63,270 bases of DNA from Calditrichia bacterium (GTDB lineage: Bacteria > Calditrichota > Calditrichia > RBG-13-44-9). The translations under genes and the position numbers were made by a program. The stretch covers positions 1 through 63,270 of the forward strand of contig JARRQT010000004.1 of assembly GCA_037381445.1 (NCBI GenBank). Reading direction: 5' to 3'. The notes beneath the pieces are model-generated. The model had not been told where the DNA came from, made no database searches, and was given only the letters and a program-made list of their open reading frames with translations. This document shows positions 55,490-63,270 of this stretch, piece by piece; the stretch's first letter is position 1, and each line of letters opens with the position of its first letter.

Positions 55490-58333
55490 ATGAATGCACT
55501 ACTTAAGCTGATAGATTACGGCCAGAGTTACTGGCTGGATAATCTGACCCGTGGAAAAATCAGAAGCGGCGAAATCAAGAAAAGAGTGACCGAAGAAGGG
55601 CTGCGGGGAATTACATCCAATCCTGCTATTTTCAATAAAGCGATTTCCAAAAGCAGCGATTACGATGAGCAGATAAAACGGCTTGTAGAGGAAGGGCAGT
55701 CGGTCCATAAAATTTATGAAGCATTGGTGGTAAAGGATGTGCAGGATGCCTGCGATATTTTGCGCCCTGTTTATGATGAATCCGGGGGCGTTGACGGATT
55801 TGTGAGTCTGGAGGTGTCGCCGTATCTGGCGCACGATACCGAAGGGACCATGGAAGAAGCCCGTCGCCTGTTCGCGGCGGTGAATCGGCCCAACTGCTTC
55901 ATTAAAATACCCGGGACCAAAGAGGGCGTGCCGGCAATTGAGCAGATGCTCTACGAGGGAGTTAATATCAACATCACCCTTCTGTTTGCCATCGAAAATT
56001 ATGAGGCGGTGGCCAAGGCCTACATTCTGGCACTGGAACGCCGCGTTGCGGAAAATAAACCCATCGATAAAATTGCGTCGGTGGCTAGCTTTTTCCTCAG
56101 CCGTATCGACGTGCTGACTGATCAGCTCCTGGGACATCTCATCATTCCCGGGAAAACGGACGGTTCGGAGCCGCGCCCGGAGCAGTTACTGGGAAAAGCG
56201 GCGATCGCCAGCGCCAAACTGGCCTATCAAAGTTTTAAGAAAATTTTCAGCGGCGAACGGTGGCAGGCGCTGGTTGAACGGGGCGCAAAAGTGCAGCGTC
56301 CGCTGTGGGCCAGTACCAGTACCAAAGATCCGCTGTACCGGGATGTGCGTTATGTGGAGTCCATCATCGGACCCAATACGGTCAATACCCTGCCCGACGA
56401 AACAATTGCTGCTTTCGCTGACCATGGGAAAATCTATGAGAATTCCGTTGAAACGGATATCGAGGGAGCAAGGCAAACCGTCCGGGACCTCAAAAAAGCC
56501 GGCGTGGACATTGATTTTGTGACTACCCAACTGATTAACGAAGGCGTCCAGAAATTCATCGATCCCTACGATAAACTCATGGAAACCCTGGCGGATGAAA
56601 GGAATAAATTTCTTACCCATAAAACCGGCAGCCAGACCCTTTCCTTCGGAGAGACGGAAGGCGAGGTGAAAAAGGCGTACAGTTCGCTGGATGAAAAACA
56701 GTATGCCCGGCGGCTTTTTGACAAGGATCCCTATCTGTGGAAATCGGAGCCGGAGCATGTGAAATCCATTCGGAACCGGCTGGGCTGGCTGAACAGCGTG
56801 GATGATTTCCTGGCGAAAACGGAGGAACTCACGAGTTTCGCGCAGGAGATCAAAGAAATGAAATTTCAGCATGTGGTGCTTCTCGGAATGGGCGGAAGCA
56901 GTCTCTGCCCCGAGGTATCCCGCGAGACATTCGGCTCAACCGACGGCTATCCCCGCTTGATTGTGCTGGATAATACCGATCCCGCAGCCATCAGGAATGT
57001 GGAATCACAGATTGATTTGATGCGGACGCTTTTCATTGTGGCCAGCAAATCGGGGACAACCACCGAAACCCTGAGCTTTTACAGATATTTTTATCAGAAC
57101 GTGAAAAAACAGACCGGCGACAAAGTAGGAAATCATTTTGTGGCCATTACCGATCCGGGTACTCCGCTGGTTGAAGAGGCAAAACAGAAGAAGTTCCGCC
57201 GGATTTTTGAGAATCCAAAAGACCTGGGAGGCCGTTATTCAGCACTATCCTACTTTGGACTGGTGCCAATGGCGCTGATTGGGATGGACGTCAAGACGCT
57301 GCTTTCCAATGCCCGCCAGATTAAAATGAGCTGCGGACCGTTCATTCCATCGGAAGTGAATCCGGGCGTGGCCTTGGGCGGACTGCTGGGAATGAACCGG
57401 CGGCTGGGACGTGACAAAGTTACTTTTATTCTGTCCAAATCCGTACATGCTTTCGGATACTGGGTGGAACAGTTGATCGCCGAGAGCACTGGCAAAGAGG
57501 GCGTTGGGCTGGTGCCTGTGGAGAGCGAATACATCGGTGTTCCCGAAAATTACAGCCCGGACCGGGTTTTCGTCTACATTTACACCAATGAAGATGACAA
57601 TGAGGAGACCGAAGAGCAGATAAAAGCGGTAGAGAAGGCCGGACATCCCATTGTCCGTATCGAGATCCGGGACCGGCTGGCGCTCGGCGCACAGTATTTT
57701 CACTGGGAAATGGCCACGGCTACTGCGGGGAAAATTATTGGGGTGAATCCCTTTGACGAGCCCAACGTTTCGGAGAGCAAGAAGAATACCCGCGACCTGC
57801 TGGAAGAATGGAAAAAGAATGGCCGGTTTGACGAGGGAAAAGCAATTATCGAAGAAGACGGGCTGGCGGTATATTGCGATACTTCCGCAAAATGGCTGTT
57901 TAAAGAGCACCGGAATTCGCTGGGCGATTTTCTGAAAACCTATGTAAATCTGGCCAATTCGCCGGACTACATCGCGCTGCTGGCCTATTTTATGCGGACG
58001 GATACCCGGCATGATATTCTGCAGGATATCCGCCTCCAGCTGCGCGACCGCCGCAAGGTTGCCACCACGCTGGGCTATGGTCCCCGGTATCTGCATTCCA
58101 CCGGTCAGCTGCACAAGGGGGGTCCGAATTGGGGCGTTTACCTGGTATTCAGCGCAGACGCGCCGGAGGAAATTCCCATACCGGAGGAGAAATTCGGTTT
58201 CGCGACCCTGCAGCGCTCCCAAGTGCTCGGAGATCTGCGGTCGCTGGAAGATAAGGAGCGCCGCGTTATCCGCATACATCTTGGAAAAGACATCGAAGGC
58301 GGGCTGAAAAAGATTGCGGAGAAATTAAAATAA
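55490..58333 (+). CDS. Bifunctional transaldolase / glucose-6-phosphate isomerase fusion
   Basis: 947 aa. The N-half is GQSYWLDNLTR..GITSNPAIF..FVSLEVSP..IKIPGT (transaldolase). The C-half is VLLGMGGSSL..SKSGTTTET..YSALS (PGI, SIS domains). Confidence 0.9.
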   Translation: MNALLKLIDYGQSYWLDNLTRGKIRSGEIKKRVTEEGLRGITSNPAIFNKAISKSSDYDEQIKRLVEEGQSVHKIYEALVVKDVQDACDILRPVYDESGGVDGFVSLEVSPYLAHDTEGTMEEARRLFAAVNRPNCFIKIPGTKEGVPAIEQMLYEGVNINITLLFAIENYEAVAKAYILALERRVAENKPIDKIASVASFFLSRIDVLTDQLLGHLIIPGKTDGSEPRPEQLLGKAAIASAKLAYQSFKKIFSGERWQALVERGAKVQRPLWASTSTKDPLYRDVRYVESIIGPNTVNTLPDETIAAFADHGKIYENSVETDIEGARQTVRDLKKAGVDIDFVTTQLINEGVQKFIDPYDKLMETLADERNKFLTHKTGSQTLSFGETEGEVKKAYSSLDEKQYARRLFDKDPYLWKSEPEHVKSIRNRLGWLNSVDDFLAKTEELTSFAQEIKEMKFQHVVLLGMGGSSLCPEVSRETFGSTDGYPRLIVLDNTDPAAIRNVESQIDLMRTLFIVASKSGTTTETLSFYRYFYQNVKKQTGDKVGNHFVAITDPGTPLVEEAKQKKFRRIFENPKDLGGRYSALSYFGLVPMALIGMDVKTLLSNARQIKMSCGPFIPSEVNPGVALGGLLGMNRRLGRDKVTFILSKSVHAFGYWVEQLIAESTGKEGVGLVPVESEYIGVPENYSPDRVFVYIYTNEDDNEETEEQIKAVEKAGHPIVRIEIRDRLALGAQYFHWEMATATAGKIIGVNPFDEPNVSESKKNTRDLLEEWKKNGRFDEGKAIIEEDGLAVYCDTSAKWLFKEHRNSLGDFLKTYVNLANSPDYIALLAYFMRTDTRHDILQDIRLQLRDRRKVATTLGYGPRYLHSTGQLHKGGPNWGVYLVFSADAPEEIPIPEEKFGFATLQRSQVLGDLRSLEDKERRVIRIHLGKDIEGGLKKIAEKLK

Positions 58334-58750
58334 CATTCTTTCTGCGGAGACGGCTGCGGTTGAATGAACTGGATGGTGTACACGGTTATGAATTCCGGTT
58401 TTTGGTGCGGGTTCGGTTTGATGATTTTGTGGAGGTCCTTTCGTGAAGCCGAAAACCGGAAAACCGCATAAGGGCCTAAAAAGTATTTCGGAATCCAAAG
58501 GCTGCAATTGACGGCATGCTCGCGCTTAGGTCTGATTTAACTGAAAACGATATCCGTGAGAATTTCGGGGTGGCCATCCGAAATCCGCAACAAGTTGATA
58601 TGAAATCTGATGGCCCGGCGGCTGGTTCACGGCACATGATACACGAATTTCTGCCTTCGGAGTAGTTGGAAAAAATCCATCCTGATTGTGCTGTCTGTAT
58701 CTTTTCCCATTACCCCAATTTTCAGCTATTTTCGACAAAGGAGCTTTTCT

Positions 58751-60277
58751 ATGAATAAAAAATATTTTGAAGTCGTCAAATCGGGAATGAGCAAAGCAAA
58801 GCCGCCGGAATCGTGCACCGTGGTTATTTTTGGAGCAACCGGCGATTTGACCCACAGGGAATTGGTTCCCGCTTTGTATGCACTGCGCTGCATGAATCTG
58901 ATGCCCGAATCATTTGCCATTATCGGATATGCCCGGCGGGACTGGAGCGATGATAAATTCCGGCAGGAGATGCATGCCGCGGTAAAGAAAGAGAGCGATT
59001 GCAAGGAAGAACAGTGGCAGGAATTTGCCGGACACCTGCATTTTGTAGTGGGCAATTTCAATGATGAACCATCCGCCGGATATGCAGACCTGCGTGAACG
59101 CATTGAACAAATCCGTGAAACTGAACATATCGCGGATAACGTGCTGTTTCACCTGGCCGTCCCCCCTGAATTTTATGGCGATATCATTCAGCGGCTGGGG
59201 GCTTCTTCGCTTGCCGCCAGCAAAAAAGGCTGGCGCCGGGTGATCATTGAAAAACCGTTCGGCCGGGACCGAAAATCCGCCGTTACGCTGGACCGTGAAA
59301 TTCATAAAGTCTTCCATGAAACCCAAATATTCCGGGTTGACCATTTCCTTGGGAAGGAAACGGTCCAGAATATGCTGGTTTTTCGCTTCGCCAATCCCGG
59401 ATTTGAACCGATCTGGAACCGCAATTATATTGATAATGTGCAGATCACCGTGGCTGAAGAACTGGGAATCGGTACCCGCGCCAACTTTTATGAAAAAACC
59501 GGAGTATTGCGGGACATGATCCAGAACCATGTTCTGCAGCTGCTCTGCATGACGGCGATAGAGCCGCCGGTCACTTTCGATGCGGCTTCATTGCGCACCG
59601 AGACGAATAAAGTGCTCCAGTCCATCTGCTCTGTAAATATTGAAGAAGATGTGGTGCTGGGCCAGTATGGTCCTGGTTCTCTCGATGGTCAGGAGGTTCG
59701 GGGCTATCGCGGGGAGAACAATGTTCAGGAAAAATCCACGACCCCCACTTACGCTGCGTTGAAGGTTACGCTGGATAACTGGCGGTGGGCGGATGTCCCG
59801 TTTTATCTCCGCACCGGCAAAAGAATGCCGCGAAAACTGACCGAGGTAAACATTGAATTCAAACCGACGCCCCACCTGATGTTTCCCGTCAACCGGAAAG
59901 AGGGAATGAACCGCAATCATCTTACTTTCCGTCTGCAGCCCGATGAAGGCATTATTTACAACTTTCTGGCAAAGCAGCCCGGCGCCGAACTGGTGCTGCG
60001 CCCCGTTAACCTGAATTTTGGATACAATACCGCCTTCGGAATCGAGGAGCCGCCCAGCGCCTATCAGTGGCTGCTTTTCGACGCCATGGAAGGGGACCAG
60101 ACATTATTTCCCCGTGCAGACTGGATTGATAATGCCTGGTCGATCGTAGACCCCATTGTTGAAAGATGGGAAGCGAAACCGTGGCTGAAACTGCCGAACT
60201 ATAAATCCGGCACCTGGGGACCTGCCAAAGCGGACGAACTACTGAAAAGGGACGGGAAAAAATGGAACAACTATTAG
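58751..60277 (+). CDS. zwf: Glucose-6-phosphate 1-dehydrogenase
   Basis: The start is moved from the track's 58688 to ATG 58751 (AAGGAG RBS). Motifs: VIFGATGDLTHREL, EKPFG, RVDHFLGKE and RDMIQNH. Confidence 0.95.
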   Translation: MNKKYFEVVKSGMSKAKPPESCTVVIFGATGDLTHRELVPALYALRCMNLMPESFAIIGYARRDWSDDKFRQEMHAAVKKESDCKEEQWQEFAGHLHFVVGNFNDEPSAGYADLRERIEQIRETEHIADNVLFHLAVPPEFYGDIIQRLGASSLAASKKGWRRVIIEKPFGRDRKSAVTLDREIHKVFHETQIFRVDHFLGKETVQNMLVFRFANPGFEPIWNRNYIDNVQITVAEELGIGTRANFYEKTGVLRDMIQNHVLQLLCMTAIEPPVTFDAASLRTETNKVLQSICSVNIEEDVVLGQYGPGSLDGQEVRGYRGENNVQEKSTTPTYAALKVTLDNWRWADVPFYLRTGKRMPRKLTEVNIEFKPTPHLMFPVNRKEGMNRNHLTFRLQPDEGIIYNFLAKQPGAELVLRPVNLNFGYNTAFGIEEPPSAYQWLLFDAMEGDQTLFPRADWIDNAWSIVDPIVERWEAKPWLKLPNYKSGTWGPAKADELLKRDGKKWNNY

Positions 60278-60352
60278 CATGATCGCGCAGAGGAAGGGCA
60301 AATAAAGATCTTCAGGCTAAAAATCCGATCGTGTGCGGAATAAGGTGAGCAT

Positions 60353-61411
60353 ATGCCAAATGATAAAAAACAGGATAATTCAAATCTGATGAAGGAACTT
60401 GCGGGACTTGATAAGGCGCTTGCGGGGCGGAAGCATCTTCTAATTGTGGTTCATAACAATCCTGATCCCGATGCAATTGCCACGGCGGCCGCTCTGGGAT
60501 TTCTTGCCGAGCAGCGCAGCCAATTGAAGGTGAGCATTGCCTATGGGGGAAATATCGGCCGGGCCGAAAACCGGGCCATGGTAAAAAAATTGAAAATCCA
60601 TATGAAGCAGATTAACCGGGTGCGTTTCACGAAATATGACCGGATTGCGCTGGTGGACACTCAGCCCGGCGCCGGGAATAATTCGCTTCCGGGCGATGTG
60701 AAATGTCACATAGTGATTGACCATCATCCCTCGCGCAGCGATCTTAACGTGGAATTTGGAGTGATCAAGCCTGAGATTGGCGTTTCAGCTACCATTTTAG
60801 TTGAATGGCTGAAGGAGAGCAAACTGGATATTCCCGGCGATCTGGCCACGGCCCTGTCATATGCTATCAACTCCGAAACCCAAAACCTGGGGCGGGAGGC
60901 CAGCAGTCGCGATATACAGGCCTATTTGTCAGTTTATGTAAAATCCAGTATGAGAAAATTAGCCCAGATTACCCATCCCAAACTGCAGCGTACATATTTT
61001 GTGGTTCTGGCCAGGGCCCTGAATCATACCAATACATTCCGTAACCTGATCTGTGCGCATCTCGGCGAAGTCCCTTCTGCAGAAATCGTGTCGGAAATAG
61101 CGGATTTTCTGCTGCGATACGAGCGAATGGGCTGGGCCTTGTGTACCGGAAGATTTAAAAATCAGTTGATTATTTCGGTCCGTTCCGCAAACCGGAAGGC
61201 CCGTGCCGGGAAACTGGTGAAACACCTGGTGCCTGACCCTAATACGGTTGGCGGTCACGATATGATTGCCGGCGGATTTATTCTGATGCAGGACAGCGAC
61301 AAAAAGAGCACGAAAGATCTGGAGGAACAATTAATGCAGAATTTCGCGCGGCAGTTGGGTTATAAAAAGGCGGAATGGAAACCGCTGCTGGCGTCATCGG
61401 AAATCATCTGA
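60353..61411 (+). CDS. DHH/DHHA1 family phosphoesterase (NrnA / c-di-AMP phosphodiesterase-like)
   Basis: Motifs in order: HNNPDPDAIA (DxD), LVDTQ, VIDHHP (DHH) and VGGHDMIAGG (GGGH of DHHA1). Confidence 0.8.
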   Translation: MPNDKKQDNSNLMKELAGLDKALAGRKHLLIVVHNNPDPDAIATAAALGFLAEQRSQLKVSIAYGGNIGRAENRAMVKKLKIHMKQINRVRFTKYDRIALVDTQPGAGNNSLPGDVKCHIVIDHHPSRSDLNVEFGVIKPEIGVSATILVEWLKESKLDIPGDLATALSYAINSETQNLGREASSRDIQAYLSVYVKSSMRKLAQITHPKLQRTYFVVLARALNHTNTFRNLICAHLGEVPSAEIVSEIADFLLRYERMGWALCTGRFKNQLIISVRSANRKARAGKLVKHLVPDPNTVGGHDMIAGGFILMQDSDKKSTKDLEEQLMQNFARQLGYKKAEWKPLLASSEII

Positions 61412-61438
61412 ACTAATAAAGGAGGTTGAAAAACCTGA

Positions 61439-62008
61439 ATGACAAAAAAAGATAAAACCGAAATTCCCTATACGCCGCCTCTTTTTTCCATAAACCTGGA
61501 TAAGATATGCAATGAAGAGCGCCATGTGAATCCGGCGGTCCTGAGGAGCGTCATCGAACTTGCCATCGAAATTTCCCGGGAAGGCCGGGAAGGCAGAAAA
61601 ATCGGGACCATGTTCGTTGTCGGGGATGAAAAGGTTGTTCTGGCTACCTCCCGGGCGCTTATTCTGGATCCTCTGGCCGGCCATCCGGACAATGTTAAAC
61701 ACATCGAAGACCCCAGTGTTCGCGAAACCGTAAAGGAGCTGGCGCAACTGGACGGGGCCTTTATCGTGTCGAACGATGGTGTAGTGGTCTCCGCTGCCCG
61801 TTATATCGATGTGAACAGCAAGGGAATCAAATTGCCGTTGGGACTGGGTAGCCGGCATCTGGCGGCGGCAGGCATTACCCGGGATACCGGAGCGGTGGCG
61901 GTGGTGGTATCGGAGAGCTCGGTTGTGCGCATTTTGGATGACGGGGTGCTGATTGCACAGATTATTCCGGAGTTGTGGCTTATCCACCGTAGCGAGGAAC
62001 TTCCTTAA
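61439..62008 (+). CDS. Soluble diadenylate cyclase (DAC / DisA_N) domain protein, DacZ-like
   Basis: 189 aa with no TM segment. EGREGRKIGTMFVVGD, LDGAFIVSNDG (DGA motif), GLGSRHLAAAGIT (RHR-type motif, here RHL) and VVVSESSVVRIL fit the DAC domain. Confidence 0.7.
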   Translation: MTKKDKTEIPYTPPLFSINLDKICNEERHVNPAVLRSVIELAIEISREGREGRKIGTMFVVGDEKVVLATSRALILDPLAGHPDNVKHIEDPSVRETVKELAQLDGAFIVSNDGVVVSAARYIDVNSKGIKLPLGLGSRHLAAAGITRDTGAVAVVVSESSVVRILDDGVLIAQIIPELWLIHRSEELP

Positions 62009-62151
62009 CCGGGCTAAATAGAAAATTATTGAGTGGCAACGATCACAATGCAGTACAAGGAGTTGCGGAGTGTGTTCTGCTGAATAGAATCAGGCCATAT
62101 CCTTTAAGTAGTGGTTCAACTATTTAAAATTAATCAGAAGGAGGAGGTTTT

Positions 62152-62580
62152 ATGCCAGTACGTCAAGCATCTGCAGTATGGACGGGGAATCTGCCTAATG
62201 GTAAAGGAAAAATGAAAACCGGCAGCGGGGCTCTGGAAGGGGAATACTCCTTCGCTTCCCGTTTCGAAAATGGAAAGGGCACCAATCCTGAGGAACTCAT
62301 TGGTGCCGCCCATGCCGGCTGTTTCTCAATGGCACTGTCCAATATTCTGGATGGGGCAGGTTTTCCGCCCAAACGGATATTCACCACAGCAAAAGTCAAT
62401 CTGGTTAAGAGCGGCGACGGATTCAGGATCAGTGAGATTACCCTGGACACCGAAGGGGAGGCGGAGGGTATTGATGAAAGGACCTTTCTAAAACATGCTG
62501 AGGAAGCAAAAAAGAATTGTCCGGTTTCCCAGGCCCTGAAAGGTCTGGAGATCAAACTTCATGCAAAATTGCTCCCCTGA
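62152..62580 (+). CDS. osmC: OsmC family peroxiredoxin
   Basis: 142 aa with a GAAGGAGGAGG RBS. TNPEELIGAAHAGCFSMAL and CPVSQAL contain the two conserved Cys motifs of OsmC. Confidence 0.9.
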   Translation: MPVRQASAVWTGNLPNGKGKMKTGSGALEGEYSFASRFENGKGTNPEELIGAAHAGCFSMALSNILDGAGFPPKRIFTTAKVNLVKSGDGFRISEITLDTEGEAEGIDERTFLKHAEEAKKNCPVSQALKGLEIKLHAKLLP

Positions 62581-62772
62581 TACTGCTTATCTGCAAACGG
62601 AGCGGGTTCCTGTTCCCATTGAAGGAACCTGCTCTGGTTACTTTGTCTCCATTATGTTGCCCCTTCTTCTTCATGAAATTTTCATCTTAATTTTTTATTA
62701 TTCAGTCCTCAAAGGATGCAGCGAATCTGATTTACATCGATATGTGCAATTGAAAAAACGGGGGGTAAAACC

Positions 62773-63270
62773 ATGAGCCTGCAGGGAAAGAAAATCGCAA
62801 TTTTTATAGCCGATTATTACGAAGACCTGGAGTTCTGGTATCCCAAAATCCGCATGAAGGAAGCAGGCGCCAAGGTCGTAGTTATCGGGCCCAAGGCCGA
62901 AGAATATACAGGAAAGAACGGATTGAAGGCCAGTGCCGATTTGGCCATCCACGATGCAAAAACCGGCGCATATGACGCACTGATCATTCCGGGCGGCTAT
63001 TCGCCGGACCATATGCGCCGTCACCATGAGATGGTGGATTTCGTGCGGGAAATGAACAAAAGCGGTAAGGTCATCGCCGCCATCTGCCACGCCGGATGGA
63101 TGCTGGCATCCGCCGATATGTTGAAGGGCAAAAAGGTCACCAGCTTTTTTCCCATAAAGGATGACCTGATTCACGCCGGGGCGGAGTGGGTCGATCAGGA
63201 GGCGGTGAAGGACGGAAACCTGATTACCTCGCGCAATCCGGGCGACCTGCCGGCCTTTTGCAAAGCGATC
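62773..63270 (+). CDS. DJ-1/PfpI family type-1 glutamine amidotransferase-like protein (3' end beyond the window)
   Basis: ATG 62773 is followed by 166 sense codons to the window edge. KIAIFIADYYEDLEFWYP, ALIIPGGYSPD, AAICHAGW (nucleophile Cys-His) and ITSRNPGDLPAF. Confidence 0.9.
   Translation, partial: MSLQGKKIAIFIADYYEDLEFWYPKIRMKEAGAKVVVIGPKAEEYTGKNGLKASADLAIHDAKTGAYDALIIPGGYSPDHMRRHHEMVDFVREMNKSGKVIAAICHAGWMLASADMLKGKKVTSFFPIKDDLIHAGAEWVDQEAVKDGNLITSRNPGDLPAFCKAI

Noticed and set aside
62561-63174. ORFs 62561..62776 (+, 71 aa) and 62698..63174 (-, 158 aa) between and over osmC and pfpI.
   Set aside because: The first spans the intergenic gap, with no RBS and hydrophobic junk composition. 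The second is antisense to the clearly recognisable PfpI/DJ-1 gene.
1-63270. A search for CRISPR arrays, tRNA/rRNA/tmRNA/RNase P signatures, transposases, integrases, toxin-antitoxin pairs, restriction-modification genes or other defence genes, and for sheath/baseplate genes that would go with the tail-tube paralogs.
   Set aside because: None were found by eye. There are no regularly spaced direct repeats, no GGTTCGAATCC-type T-arm motifs, no DDE/tyrosine-recombinase-like ORFs and no CIS structural genes. The only long repeat detected is the 91-bp inverted duplication in cls.

Overview
63.3-kb densely packed chromosomal segment from a diderm-type bacterium. The evidence for diderm is an outer-membrane beta-barrel gene, a LolA-like gene and Shine-Dalgarno RBSs. 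The taxon cannot be determined from the sequence alone. I support about 50 protein-coding genes. I found no rRNA, tRNA, CRISPR array, transposase, integrase or prophage block. Content is mostly stress and osmo-adaptation plus central sugar metabolism:
- Heat and cold shock: two Hsp20 genes, a CspA-like gene and an HPF-cold-shock-domain fusion.
- Proteases: an HtpX-like M48 protease in a zf/LemA/M48 operon, an M50-CBS protease, a LonC-like protease and FtsH.
- Channels: three MscS-family channels.
- Trehalose and alpha-glucan island (about 20.1-37.5 kb): three trehalose routes (DUF5752-TreT, OtsA, TreY/TreZ) plus GH57 and MalQ.
- Envelope: a LolA-like / FtsX x2 / ABC / beta-barrel operon.
- DNA repair: Fpg/Nei plus a stand-alone LigD phosphoesterase.
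- Pentose-phosphate cluster: tkt, a tal-pgi fusion and zwf.
- A DHH phosphoesterase plus DAC (c-di-AMP) pair, then OsmC and PfpI.

Most unusual observations:
1. Two tandem phage-tail-tube (gp19-like) paralogs carry Sec signal peptides and have no other contractile-injection genes nearby.
2. A perfect 91-bp inverted duplication with a 50-bp spacer splits the cardiolipin synthase gene.
3. TreZ, Rho and a DUF885 protein each appear to lack a short, normally conserved internal segment, in frame. In TreZ the missing piece includes the catalytic Glu strand; in Rho it is the SGTR/arginine-finger loop, and Rho also lacks the N-terminal helix bundle.

Points 2 and 3 could reflect real gene decay or an assembly/amplification artefact; read-level data are needed to tell. 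All family assignments come from reading the translated ORFs against remembered family consensus motifs. No searches were run.
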